NCBI RefSeq assembly: GCF_046119375.1
Contig: NW_027362770.1
Span: forward strand, 141,856,001-141,920,000
From: Phyllobates terribilis
Taxonomy: Eukaryota
Length of the DNA: 64,000 nt
Direction: 5' to 3'
Under the pieces are notes generated by a model. It saw only the letters and a list, made by a program, of their open reading frames with translations, did no database searches and had not been told where the DNA came from. Positions 12,626 through 26,029 of this stretch are shown here, piece after piece. The translations under genes were made by a program, and so were the position numbers. Position 1 is the first letter of the stretch. Every line of letters starts with the position of its first letter.

Positions 12626-13124
12626 CAGTACAGACCAAAAGTTTGGACACACCATCTCATTTAAAGATTTTTCTGTATTTTCATGACTATGAAAATTGTA
12701 CATTCACACTGAAGGCATCAAAACTATGAATTAACACATGTGGAATTATATACTTAACAAAAAAGTGTGAAACAACTGAAAATATGTCTTATATTCTAGG
12801 TTCTTCAAAGTAGCCACCTTTTGCTTTGATGACTGCTTTGCACACTCTTGGCATTCTCTTGATGAGCTTCAAGAGGTAGTCACCAGAAATGGTTTTCACT
12901 TCACAGGTGTGCCCTGTCAGGTTTAATAAGTGAGATTTCTTGCCTTATAAATGGGGTTGGGACCATCAGTTGTGTTGTGCAGAAGTCAGGTGGATACAGT
13001 ATATAATTCCACATGTGTTAATTCATAGTTTTGATGCCTTCAGTGTGAATGTACAATTTTCAAAGTCATGAAAATACAGAAAAATCTTTAAATGAGAAGG
13101 TGTGTCCAAACTTTGGGTCTACTG
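12626..13124. mobile_element. Tc1/mariner MITE (internal-deletion derivative of the element at 59798-60760)
   Basis: TA|CAGTACAGACCAAAAGTTTGGACACACC...GGTGTGTCCAAACTTTGGGTCTACTG|TA. Its ~200-bp inverted arms are nearly identical to those at 59798-60760. Confidence 0.9.
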
Positions 13125-13569
13125 TACATAGCCTCAATAAACAACACATGTATATAGCCTCAATGAACAAGCTCAGACTCTATATTTTGTATTGAAGCAT
13201 CTAATGGGTGTGTGCAGAGGTCATTGTGATGGGAGGGGGTGCAAGGTCAGCTGTGACATCGCCTATTGTGATTGGTGGATCCCCTGTTATCAGCTGTGTA
13301 TAGATGTGATACCTGTCATTGTAATCCTGTCTCATATGATAAGGAACCTGCTGAAAACTCAGCAAGAGTCTAAAAAAAAGCCCCAGTGGCCAGTGTAAAA
13401 ATTATTTTGTGGCCTGAGTTTGTAGGAGATGGTGAATTTTGCTAAACATACCAGTGCTAAAGTACTACTATGTATAGCACAGGCATATGATGATCGCAGC
13501 TTCAAGAATCCTAAGGGGATTATTGAGGACAGTAATAAGTAAAAAAAAAAAAAAAAAAAAAGTTTTTAA

Positions 13570-14323
13570 AAATATGAAAAAAAAAAAAACACAAAAGTTC
13601 AAATCACCCCCCTTTTGCCCCATTGAAAATAAAACAATTAAAAAATGAAAAAAATATATAAAATACACATATTTGGTATCGCTGCCTTCAGAAATGTCTG
13701 ATCTATCATAATATAAAATAAATTAATTTGATAGTGAAAAAAAAAATCAAACCGCCAGAATTACGTTTTGGTCGCCGCAACACTGCAATAAGAGGCAATT
13801 AAAAATTGTATCTACCCCAAAATGGTATCAATAAAAACAGCAGCTCTACGCGCACAAAAAATAAGCCCTTAACCGGCCCCAGATCCCGAAAAATCAAAAT
13901 GCTACGGGTCTCGGAAAATGCAGACGTAAGCAATTTTTTTTTCTTACAAATTTCTGAATTTTTTTTCATCACTTAAATAATAAAATAAAAAACTATACAT
14001 GTTTGGTATCTGCGCACTCGTAATGATCTGGGGAATCATATTGGCAGGAAAGTTTTACCATATAATAAACATTGTAAATATAAAGACCAAAAAACTATTG
14101 TGGAACGGCATTTTTGTTTGCAATTTAACTGCACTTGGAATTAATTTCCCATTTTCCAGTACACTATATGGTAAAATCAATTGTGTCATTCAAAAGTACA
14201 ACTTGTCCCGCAAAAAACAAGCCCTCACACGGCCGTATTAACAGAAAAATAAAAAAAGTTATGGCTCTGGGAAGAAGGGGAGGAAAAAAACAAAAATGGA
14301 AAAATTGCAAGATGGTGAAGGGG
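13570..14323. mobile_element. Possible non-autonomous piggyBac-like element fragment
   Basis: AT-rich repeat-like tract ending AAGGGG|TTAA (14324-14327). Only one terminus was seen. Confidence 0.3.
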
Positions 14324-15031
14324 TTAAAGGGAATAGAAAAATGGAAGGAAAAAAATTATTATATAAATAAATTCCTACTTTTATTTAACAAATCACACTT
14401 TTTTTTGTCTAGGGAGGTAATAGGGAGGAATTTTTTTCCTGACAACCCTGACCCCCGAAGTGTTACGAAACATCACAGTACCCAAGATCCGGAGCAAAAA
14501 AACTACTAGGAACCCAGTGTTCTGGAAAATGACCAACATAGAAAGAACATTTTCCCAAGATGAATAGACATGTGTCAGCGAGCGTTCCCGACACTCTGTA
14601 AAAGTTATACTCAGTCACATTATAAAGATATCTCTATATGTTCTCCAAAAGACGTGGAGTCTCCAGACATGTGGAGGCAATATGAAATACAACACACATC
14701 CACTTTCATCTCTCACTGCTGACAAGACTTAACGGGGTGATTTTTTACATGTATTTTACAACACTTTAGACTTTGTGTTCTAATTTGGGATCCTTACAAG
14801 CTAACGTAATGCTGAAGTATAGTATTATAGAGGATTACACTATTGACGACAGTGGCACTTTTTGTCTGCGTTAAGCTCGTTCACATCACATTTGGGGTTT
14901 ACAGTCAGTGTGTGCATGTAGAAAGTGCACCCAATGTATGCTCCAGATGTATGCAGCGGTATTTCATGGAGCATACAACAGCTGCAGGCTTATGCGAGGC
15001 AATGAGTTGATAGCTCATGGTGCTGTTTTAA

Positions 15032-15528
15032 NNNNNNNNNNNNNNNNNNNNNNNNNNNNNNNNNNNNNNNNNNNNNNNNNNNNNNNNNNNNNNNNNNNNN
15101 NNNNNNNNNNNNNNNNNNNNNNNNNNNNNNNNNNNNNNNNNNNNNNNNNNNNNNNNNNNNNNNNNNNNNNNNNNNNNNNNNNNNNNNNNNNNNNNNNNNN
15201 NNNNNNNNNNNNNNNNNNNNNNNNNNNNNNNNNNNNNNNNNNNNNNNNNNNNNNNNNNNNNNNNNNNNNNNNNNNNNNNNNNNNNNNNNNNNNNNNNNNN
15301 NNNNNNNNNNNNNNNNNNNNNNNNNNNNNNNNNNNNNNNNNNNNNNNNNNNNNNNNNNNNNNNNNNNNNNNNNNNNNNNNNNNNNNNNNNNNNNNNNNNN
15401 NNNNNNNNNNNNNNNNNNNNNNNNNNNNNNNNNNNNNNNNNNNNNNNNNNNNNNNNNNNNNNNNNNNNNNNNNNNNNNNNNNNNNNNNNNNNNNNNNNNN
15501 NNNNNNNNNNNNNNNNNNNNNNNNNNNN
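15032..15528. other. Assembly gap (497 N)
   Basis: Run of N. The two ORFs spanning it are artefacts. Confidence 1.
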
Positions 15529-16100
15529 CTAGGACAACATCTGTAAGGCATTTGTATGTTCTACCCGTGCCTCTGTGTGTTTCCTCCCTCTCTCAAAAGA
15601 CAAATTTATAAGGTATTTTGATTGTGAGCCCCAATGGGGATGACAATCTCTGTAAAGCGACATGGAAACAATGATGCTTAATATAAGCGAGCAATCTAAA
15701 TAAATATGTGTTTAGTTCCCCTCTTACCCATACTGTGTGACCTCTCAGTTGTTGTGTACTTCCTTGTATCCATCATGTCATTGATGATTAAGATGACGGT
15801 TGCTGTATGTCCCAAGCAACACAGTTCATTCGACCACAATATCGAAGTGTCAAAGATTCTAGAATATACTGTGATCACTGCTATGTACTATCTATATGGG
15901 GTCACCTTATAGTGCCCAAATCATATGCAATATCCAAATAATACTGCCATATAATTTCCATGTAATACCGCAATTCCCAAATACCGGTAATACTAAAATA
16001 CAATGTTAAATAATACAGAGAACTTTTAGATTATGTTTCCACAATTTTTTTGAAGAGGAAAAATACAACGCAGTTTGGAATCTATCGGGTATTTTTATGA

Positions 16101-16260
16101 GGCTATGTGCACACAGAGTCTTTTTGTTGAGTTTTTGGAACCGAAACTGAGCGGAAACTCAAAGTTTTTGCGGCGTTTTGAGATTTGGGAGATGATTTGG
16201 AGAATTTCCTTACAGTTTCTTCTCCAAAAACGTCTTGAAAAACTCAGTGTGCACATAACC
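16101..16260. mobile_element. Short PIF/Harbinger-like MITE
   Basis: TIRs GGCTATGTGCACAC / GTGTGCACATAACC flanked by TGA/TAA. A second similar terminus starts at 16264. Confidence 0.5.
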
Positions 16261-16681
16261 TAAGGGTATGTGCACACAATGTCTTTTTCAGTTGGATTCC
16301 GCCCGAAATCCACCTGAAAAAGCGACACAAAAGTGCCCCATAAAATGAACATAGTGCACAGCAATGTCAAAATGACATTGCTGTGCACATGTTTCGTCTT
16401 ATGTCGCTTCTTTTAACCACTTCAGGGTTCGGAAACCTTGAAGCGGTTAAAAAAGTAACATGTTCATTCTTCGGGCTACTTCGGTCGAAAAGCCGCCTGG
16501 AGATTATACAGACAGTATAGAGAGAAAGACATCAGTGGTGTAGTCGCCTCCGGAAAACAACTGGAATTTATCTGAAGTGGCTACACCTGGGAAAACTCGG
16601 CATCAAGTAGACGCCGTGTGCTTATAACTATAGATGAGCGAATCTGAACTTAAAAGTTGGGAGTTCGTACCGGACAGTTAG

Positions 16682-17261
16682 TGTCACTGGTGTGTCAGGT
16701 TTAATAGACAGTCACTCTGGATCTGGCAGAAGGTCACTGCGCTTGGCATTACAGACACCTTCTTAATCCTTCTTCCTTTATGATCAAGCGGCGACCTCCC
16801 TCCTGCTGATGATTGACACACCCTTGCAAGGGAGTTAAAAGCTCTCAGTTTGCTCCAGGCAATTGCCGGTGATACTTATATGTTCTTATGTGCATGTTTG
16901 GAGCACTAGCTGTTGGCTGGCTTCTTCTCTGGTGCCCTTGGAGGACATTTGGCGTTACTCCTCTGGTGTCTGCTCAAGCTAAGTTAATCCCCTTTGTTTG
17001 TCTACCCTGTTGTCTTTAGTTTGTAGTGGGGCCTGACCAGTGCTCACCTTTCTCCCTCCCCATTTAGGGCCAAGCTCTAGGGATATATAGGGTTTAGGGT
17101 CCAGCTCGGCGATTGGTGTGGAACCAATATAGAGGCGGTAGGGTAGGCAGGGTGTTATTAGATCTGCCTAGGGGTCTCCACTCCCCCTTTCCCTAGTGTT
17201 TGGGCTTCCTCCCCCTCTTCCCTTCGTGTTGCACTTAGTCGTTCCCACACCTTGCGTGACA
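16682..17261. mobile_element. 580-bp solo LTR of an unrelated family, inserted in a degenerate AGATGAGCG-type MITE
   Basis: TGTCAC...GTGACA termini with a perfect 5-bp TSD GTTAG (16677-16681 and 17262-17266). A fragment similar to its right end lies at ~1545-1640. Confidence 0.85.
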
Positions 17262-18626
17262 GTTAGTTTCCGGGGCTAAACACCGAACATGGACTTCTCT
17301 CGGAAGTCCGATGCAATGTTCGGAGTTCAGGGGAAAGTCTGTAGCAGAGAGAGAGATTTTTTTCCAGCAAAGTTTGGGTCCCCATTCTTTTCAATGGGGT
17401 TTGGACTCTGGCTCAAGTTCGGTTACAGTTCTGGTTCCCGAACCGAACTTTGGCATAAAGTTCTGGTTGGGTACCAGAACCCGAACTTTCACGAGTATTT
17501 AAAGCAATTTTTGATGTGAACTTTGGAGCAGATTTGATTAAAAAATCCACATCAAAATAATTCTTTCCTTCAAAGAACCCCTTTGGAAATGGGTACCCAC
17601 AAAAATGGAGACCGTGATTTTTTTCCAAAAATGTTCCATTTGGCTTGGAGGTTTTTTTAGAATGCCACGCTTGTTTCTCTAAAACTTTACGTGAACCTAA
17701 TACATGAGGCACATATTTGCGCCATTTTCTTCAACTATCCAAAAAGTGACCACCCCATTATTTGACATCACCCTTGAGTTTTTGATCATGGCAGAGGTAG
17801 GAGACAGACATGTGTTTGTTTTGATGGCCCTGATGTAGAGATAGATTAGGATGCCCATGGATAGACAGAATCAGTGGCTTGTGACGCATTCCTTCACCTC
17901 CAATAGACAAATCCCTTCCTTCTAGTCCATAAATTACTCTCGTCCCTCTCTTTGTTTGTTCAGTTTACTGTGATTGCTTAACCCGAATACTGCAGGGGTA
18001 TAAATCACCACCGGGGTCATTTATCTCGAAAGCAGTCAGGCCTTCATTAGCTGACTCAAGGAACCTTCTCATCTCATGATTACACCTGCCCCAGATCTGT
18101 CCATGTTCCAAAGAACAATTAGAGATTCTCTTATTCTGACCATTCAAATGGCCTTTGTGGGCATGAAGGTCCTTTGTCCTCCAAACCCCACTTTTTTTGG
18201 GCCACTGATTAGAAAATATATTAAGAAATTGCACATTTAGGACTTGGAAGAACACCTTCATTTCTTCTCTCCAGGACAACCCCTGTGGACGACATAAAGG
18301 ATAAGTATTAATTATTATTTTTTTTACATATTTTAAATTGTTTATATTGTGCAAAAATTGTAAAACATGATCCGGGCATCATCGTAACCCACAAAATAAA
18401 GTTACTGTGTCACTTTTTCCACATAGTGAATGCCGGAAAAAAAAAATCAAAATGGCAGAATTTAAATTTTTTACTTTTTTTTTTGCATTGCTTCCGCTAA
18501 AAAATAATAAAAGCTAAAAGCTATTGAAAAAATATATATGCCTCTAAAAGGGGACATTTAAAAGTACACCTGGTCACAAAATAATCCCTCATACAGCTAC
18601 ATAAATAAAAATGGCAGGTCCTCTAA

Positions 18627-19057
18627 AGGAATCTGTCAGCAGTTTTTTTTTACTAGGTAATCTGAGAGTGGTATAATGTAGGGGATGAGGGCCTGATTCC
18701 AGCTAGGTGTCACTTACTAAGCTGTGTGTTGCTGTTTCAATAAAATTAGTGTTTTATCAGCAGGAGATTATCACTACAAGACTAGGTGTCTTGTGCTCCC
18801 TAGTCAACTGCTCTGTGTAAACCCGCCCCCATCACTGATTGGCAGATAATGTACAGTGTAAACAGAAAGCAGCCAATCAGTGGTGTGGGCGGGGTTATAC
18901 ACAGCTCAGCATTCCGAGATCTGCAGCAGAGAAAACTGTGATTGTATCAAAATTACAGCATGCAGAACAATAAGTGATACATCACTGAAATCAGGGCTTC
19001 AGCCCCTATATAATGCTGCTCTCAGATTACACAGCAAAAACCCGCTGACATGTTCCT
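18627..19057. mobile_element. T2/Kolobok-type MITE
   Basis: AGGAATCTGTCAGC / GCTGACATGTTCCT termini in TAA/TTAA context. It is homologous to 41307-41673. Confidence 0.65.
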
Positions 19058-20931
19058 TTTAAAGAAGTTTTAACCCTTTTTTTTTTATCTGTTCATAGAG
19101 CATACTTAGCTGCCATTCCTCCTGTACAAACACGTATGTGACCACTGCTGTCAATCACTGTGTACATGCCATAAATATCTAAGGTGTCCAACAGAAAATA
19201 TAATATATTAAAATGCTCAATATTTAAGGGGCTTTCAAGGCTCAGAAAATTATAATTTGCCTTTTTGGAACAGAAACAGCGCCACCTCTGTACATGGGCT
19301 GTGCCTGGTACTGCAAGAGCTCTCCATTCAAGTGAATATGGCTGATCTGCAATACCTGACAGATCCTATTGACAAATGTGGCGCAGTTTTCTTAGGATGT
19401 GAATAGGAATTAATGTTGCACCCCCTGGATTCTAAAAAAAATAGGAACGTAGGTTCATTTTCCTAATCGTCCTGTTAGGAAACAAAAACATAAATAATTG
19501 TTAAAATGATTGAGTCCATTTGGCCACAAAGCTCTCAGCGCGGGATCTACAGACTTTCTTTCTGTGTGAAATTACTACTGTGTTTCAGTGGATATGACTT
19601 TTATATGGCATTACTTTATGGTTACATTATCCAATCCCATAAACCTATTTAATTGTTCTGCCGTTAATACAGACAATTTATTAGTGTGGCATCCAATCCT
19701 GCTCTGTTTTTAACAGCATTTTATTGATTTACTGGGGTGAGACGACCAGAGAATTCTTCCGTGTCACTACCGCTATACCTGCGTCATTATTAGTAGAATT
19801 AGAATATTTTTGACTGTTTTCTAACAAGGCAAAGTTCTTAGAACCTACAACTTTCTTTCGCCACTTGTGACTCTCTCGCTATCACAAAACTATAACTTTT
19901 TCCAAAGGTTTCATTTTCTTCAGAATTAAAGGGATGTTCCCATTAGGTGACTTTTAATATATAACTGGAAAAACTAAAAATTTCTATTACAAAAATAGAC
20001 ACAGTTTTGTTGAGAGTTAAAAAAAAAGTCACAAAAACTGTAATAAAACACAAAAAAACTCATGTATATATACACTACAAAGTAGTATTAAAAAAAGACT
20101 GCGCCTCCCTTGTCAATTGGTTGTATTTGGTATTACAACTATGTTATACAATCCCCTTTAAAATGTAGTTACACCCAACAAACACAGCCTGCCCTTCTCA
20201 CTTTTTCAAAATCCATCAGAACAAAATTAAAGGAATTGTTTAAAAACGATAGATGTCAGCACCTATAGACGATGCTAATTATTCAGCGTTTGCTTTTTAC
20301 CTTGGATCTGAGTTGTTATCAGTGACTACAGTTTAGCTACAGTGTCTACAGAGAGTTTGAAGTAGTCTGAGACACGCCCCCTCTCTCATCATTGGTCCAG
20401 ACTGCTCATAGGGCCCTCCTCCTGCCTCCTCAGATTGGCTGCTGGGTATAAACAAAAGACCATCACAAGTTTAGTACACAAGTCAGTACATAGAAGTTGG
20501 ATTTCCATCACATAGTAGTACGGACTATTAAATCACCATAGAGGTAATTATCAAGTAATTACTCCATTATCTTTGAAGGAACCCATACATATGAGAAAGC
20601 TGTCAGCCATACTCTTTCTCAGCTATCTCTCCTGACTCCACCATGCCCATGCTCCTGCCTGCTCCTTTCGCCTGAGCGTGCATGTGCTTTTAAACGGGAG
20701 AGTAGAGTAAGTCGCTGTCAGTCACCTTTGGCAGCGGCTTTTCTCAAAGTGAAGAAAAAAAATCAGGCAATGTAAAGAAACATGCCGATCCTCCTCTCCC
20801 CAACACCATCTGTTAGGAAAGAGTTGGGAGGTCTTTACACCCATTAGATGGTTGACTGATCCCATCGAAAATTGGAGGATCCGGTCAACTTTATCAGCCC
20901 CTGAGGTTTAAAGCCATTTTTAGGTTATGGG

Positions 20932-21494
20932 TAGAGATGAGCGAAATTCGTTTTGAGCAGATTTGCTCGATTCAATAAAATTAGTCCGAATCGAAGAGAC
21001 GTTATTATGCTTGGAAGTGTCTTCAGACCACAAAACATAAAAAATGGAGGCAAGGGGAGGAAATAAAAAATCTTAAAAACATAATACAGGACACACTTGT
21101 CCAAGACCCTCAGCATTCCTTACGCCATTTTGCCTCAGTTCCCCGGCTCCCTGCGCAGGACTTCAGTTCTTTTAGCACTCCCTTCTGAAGCTGAGGCTAG
21201 TGATTGTCCTCAACCAGTCGCGTGGGAAGATGACACACAACATAGTGTACGTCACCCCCCATATAACACTTGCTAATTTCATTGATTGGCAGTAGAACCA
21301 GAAAGGAGAGACTGAAGCCCAAGGGAGAGAACTAGGGAGCTGTGGCAAAGGCAACGGAAGAACATGTGAAGGCCTACTCTACCCTCGAAAGAAGACATTT
21401 GTTAGATTTTGATGGATCTATGCAAAAATCGAAATTTGAATCTGACATTTTTGGGAAATTTGTAATTCATTACTAGTCGATTTGCTCATCTCTA
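20932..21494. mobile_element. hAT-type MITE
   Basis: TIRs TAGAGATGAGCGAA / TTGCTCATCTCTA and an 8-bp TSD GTTATGGG/GCTATGGG. Its right end plus flank is tandemly duplicated at ~21590-21760. Confidence 0.8.
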
Positions 21495-22865
21495 GCTATG
21501 GGAGGGGGGAAACCCTCTGGAGCTATTGACCACTATTACATTATGCGGCAAAGGCAATGGAAGGACAAGCAAAGGTTTTCTCAACCCTTGAAAGAAGACA
21601 TTTGTTAGATTTTGATGGATCTATTTAAAAATCGAACCCCAAAATTAGAATCTAACATTTTTGGGAAATTCACAATGAATTTAATTAATTACTGGTCGAT
21701 TTGCTCATCTGTAGCTATGAGGGGGGAAACCCTCTGGAGCTACTGACCGCTATTACATTGTGACTTTTTTTTTACCAAGGCAGATATTTGGTTGCTCAAC
21801 ATGGAAGTCTCAAGCACATTCACAAGTGCACACAGTGTCAGGTGGCGCTGCAGAAAATTTCCTAGTAGCTGAGCTAAATATTATGACGTGAACGCACTAA
21901 TAACCTTAGGAAGTGACATAAACATCTCCGCGTAAAGAATCTCACGCTCACAGGTATCAAAACAATTTTACAGCGGACAGTAAAACATTCCAGATATTGT
22001 ATAAGCAAACAGTGGGGCGATAGAAATACTTATCTCGTAAAGGAAGCTACGTTCTTCCTCGATTTCACGAAACAGAATCACAATTAATAAAATTCTCTAT
22101 GTAGTGAATATGTAATCGTTCTGAAAATATTTTGTACAGCTCACCTACTTATGAGATTTTTCTTCAATTTTTACTTATTAATGGATGCCATGTATTGGGA
22201 GTGAGTTTATGGAGCAGGCTGAGGAGCTGAGCCCGCTCCATAAATAGTGGGTGCCATATGTGTTATACAGCCGACGACTACCAGGATCACAGACAACTAT
22301 GATCATCGCAGTTTAATTCCATAGATGTTGCAAGCACCTATGATATTATAGACCCCTTTCTAGACCCCCCATCTAGACCCCTCTCTGTTAGCCCACAGTC
22401 ACCAGCTCCACCCCTCCTCATGCATACACAATGCAGTTGCGGAATCTCAAGGAGTAGTAAAGTATTGCAATGTATTGTACCAATATTTGAATGATTGCAC
22501 AGGATAAGGATAGCATTGGAGAAACTACCCCAGGCCTACTTTTCTTCCCCCCCACACACACAAGCATGTTGGTCAGCTGCGTGGGCCCCAGTAGTGTTGA
22601 TAGAGTCTGAGTTAGCCACCTATGAACAAAATATTACAAATATGATATACAGTGGGTACGGAAAGTATTCAGACCTCTTTAAATTTTTCACTCTTTGTTT
22701 CATTGCAGCCATTTGGTAAATTCTAAAAAGTTCATTTTTTTTCTCATTAAAGTACACTCTGCACCCCATCTTGACTGAAAATAACAGAAATGTAGAAATT
22801 TTTGCAAATTTATTAAAAAAGAAAAACTGAAATATCATAAGGTCATAGGTATTCAGACCCTTTGC

Positions 22866-23896
22866 TCAGTATTGAGTAGAAGCACTCTTTTGAGCTTGTA
22901 CAGCCATGAGTCTTCTTGGGAATGATACAAGTTTTTCACACCTGGATTTGGGGATCCTCTGCCATTCTTCCTTGCCTATCCTCTCCAGTTCCGTCAGGTT
23001 GGATGGTGAACGTTGGTGGACAGCCATATTCAGGTCTCTCCAGAGATGATCAATTGGGTTTAGGTCAGGGCTCTGGCTGGACCAGTCAAGAATGGTCACA
23101 GGGTTGTTATGAAGCCATTCCTTTTTTTTATTTTAGCTGTGTGCTTAGGGTCATTGTCTTGTTGGAAGGTGAACCTTCGGCCAAGTCTGAGGTCCAGAGC
23201 ACTCTGGAAGAGGTTTTCATCCAGGATATCTCTGTACTTGGCCGCATTCATGTTTCCTTCAATTGCAACCAGTCGTCCTGTTTCTACAGCTGAAAAACAC
23301 CCCTATAGCATGATGCTGCCACCACCATGTTTCACTGTTGGGATTGTATTGGGCAGGTGATGAGCAGTGCCTGGTTTTCTCCACAAATATGGCTTAGAAT
23401 TATCACCAAAAAGTTCTATCTTCATCTCATCAGACCAGAGAATCTTATTTCTCATAGTCTTCATGTGTTTTTGAGCAAACTCTATGTGGGCTTTCTTATG
23501 TCTTGCACTGAGGAGAGGCTTCCGTAGGGCCACTCTACCATAAAGGCCCGACTGGTGGAGGGCTGCAGTGATAGTTGACTTTGTGGAACTTTCTCCCATC
23601 TCCCTACTGCATCTCTGGAGCTCAGCCACAGTGATCTTGGGGTTTTCCTTTACCTCTCTCACCAAGGCTCTTCTCCCACGATTGCTCAGTTTGGCTGGAC
23701 GGCCAGGTATAGGAAGACTTCTGGTGGTCCCAAACTTCTTCCATTTAAGGATTATGGAGGCCACTGTGCTCTTAGAAACCTTGATTAATGCAGAAATTCT
23801 TTTGTAACCTTGGCCATATCTGTACCTTGCCACAATTCTGTCTCTGAGCTCCTTGGGCAGTTCCTTTGAGCTCATGATTCTCATTTGGTCTGTCAT
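22866..23896 (-). pseudogene. Tc1 transposase pseudogene
   Basis: Paired-like HTH (SKELPKELRDRIV...GYKRIS), GRPAKL, WSDE, VKHGGGSIML* (stop where W is expected), QQDNDPKH and WSSQSPDLNPID (catalytic E replaced by D). The frame is broken. Confidence 0.92.
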
Positions 23897-24949
23897 GCAC
23901 TATGAGCTGTGAGGTCTTATATAGACAGGTGTGTGCCTTTCCAAATCAAGTCCTATCAGTTTAATTAAACACAGCTGGACTCCAATGAAGGAGTAGAACC
24001 ATCTCAAGGAGGATCACAAGGAAATGGACAGCATGTGACTTAAATAGTGTTGAGCGATACCTTCCGATATCGGGAAATATCGGATCGGATTGGATCGGAC
24101 CGATACCCAAAGAGTATCCGATATCGCCGATTCCGATACCGGAAACCAATGCAAGTCAATGGGACAGAAATATTGGAATAAAAATAAACCCTTTCTTTCC
24201 TTGTAGGTTAATTCTACATGAAGGAAAACAACTAAGAATAATGTAGAATGTATTGGGGGAGGTGGGGGAGACAATAAAGGCATAGAGGTTTAGCCCAATC
24301 AAATGGAATTACAGGAATTAATATATTTTTTAAGACGTTCGGAGTTCCGGAAATATTGACTATGTTAAGCTTTTTTATATTTTGTCAGATATTTATGTTT
24401 CACTACTTCCATGCTCTTCACCTTCTTTTTAACTTCTCCCACACTTTCTCCTTCATCATCCTCAGCATCAGGATCTTTTTCATCAACTTCTTCTTCACCT
24501 TCTACATCTTCTTCTTCTTCACCTTCTTCCTATTATTCTTTTTTTTTTACATTCTTCATATTCTTCTTATTCAACTATTATTCTTCTTCATATTCTACTT
24601 CTTCATCATATTCTTATTTGTGACAGGTATTCCTGTAGTTGTTATCTATAAAAGTTTGAACATTACACCTTTCTTTCTGCCCGTCACAAAAGATTTACAA
24701 CAGGATTTGTCCGCGTTCAGTTTGGCCTGCAGCAGCAGGTCTTTTCCAGGGGCACCACGAGGAGGAACGGACTCACCCCCATACACTGCTTAGTCATCTT
24801 CTGCTTATAATTTAGATAATATCTTTTGCTCTGATTTTTAGTCTTATGCTTAATGTTCTTCCGCTTTTTGTTCTGCAGCTTCTTGTACTTCTGCTTCTTG
24901 GTTTTCTGTCTCTTGTTCTTCTGTATCTTGGTGGTTGTCTTCTTGTTCT

Positions 24950-25400
24950 TCGTCCTCTTGGTCAACTTCTTCAGGGTCATCTTCTTGGTCTTCTTTGGGG
25001 TGGTCTTCAGGGTTGTCATCTTCAGGGTCGTCGTCTTCGGTGTCCTCGTCTTCTTCAGGGTGGTCTTCAGGGTCCTCGTCTTCAGGGTCGTCGTCTTCAG
25101 GGTCCTCGTCTTCTTCGGGGTGGTCTTCAGGGTCCTCGTCTTCAGGGTCATCGTCTTCGGGGTCCTCGTCTTCTTCGGGGTGGTCTTCAGGGTCCTCGTG
25201 TTCAGGGTTGTCGTCTTTGGGGTCCTCGTCTTCTTCGGGGTGGTCTTCAGGGTCGTCGTCTTCAGGGTTGTCATCTTCAGGGTCCTTGTCTTCTTTGGGG
25301 TGGTCTTCAGGGTCCTCGTCTTCAGGGTCATCATCTTTGGGGTCCTCATCTTCTTCAGGTTGGTCTTCAGGGTCCTCGTCTTCAGGGTCCTCGTCAGGGA
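24950..25400. repeat. Nested 15/60-bp GAA-rich tandem repeat inside the hAT (minus strand reads EDEDPEDHPEEDEDPEDDDP)
   Basis: Direct inspection. Several frames stay open because of base composition. Confidence 0.9.
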
Positions 25401-26029
25401 GATCCAGAGTGATTACCAAGAACCATTTCAAAAAGCTTGAACTTGGAAATGTAGCAGAAGGTACAAGAAGGCTGAGGAACTGCCGAGAACCAGCTGATGG
25501 TACTGGAACCTGGATGGGTAGCAGAAGGTACAAGAGCCAATGGAACTACCGAGGACCAGCTGACAGTACTGGAACTCGGTTACTAAGCAGGAGGTACCTG
25601 TGCCTGAAAGCACTACCAAGGACCAGCAGACGTTGGTGGAACTTGGATACCGAGAAGGAGGCACCTAAGCCAAAGGCACTGCCGAGAACCAGCTGACGGT
25701 ACTGGAACCCGGATGGGTAGCAGAAGGTACCCATGTAAAAAAAAGTTGCAAGGCCGCGAGCTGGCCGCAGTTACCAAAACCCACAGTCCTACAGGGGGTG
25801 CTTGTCCTATTGGCACTATGGAACCAGCCTTCATTGCCAGATCCCGCAGCCCACATAGGAGTCACCTAAACTGCAGGCACCATAGAGTCGGCTAACCCGA
25901 CCGCAACACGACAGGACAACGCATTGGAGGCAAAGTGACGTTGACACTACCCGGAAACAGCTGACGTGCTGGAACCAGGCTGGGCAGGAGGGAGTACCCG
26001 TGCCAAAGACACTGCTGGGAAACAGCTGG

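Noticed and set aside
14908-15551. ORFs spanning the N run
   Set aside because: They are artefacts of the assembly gap.
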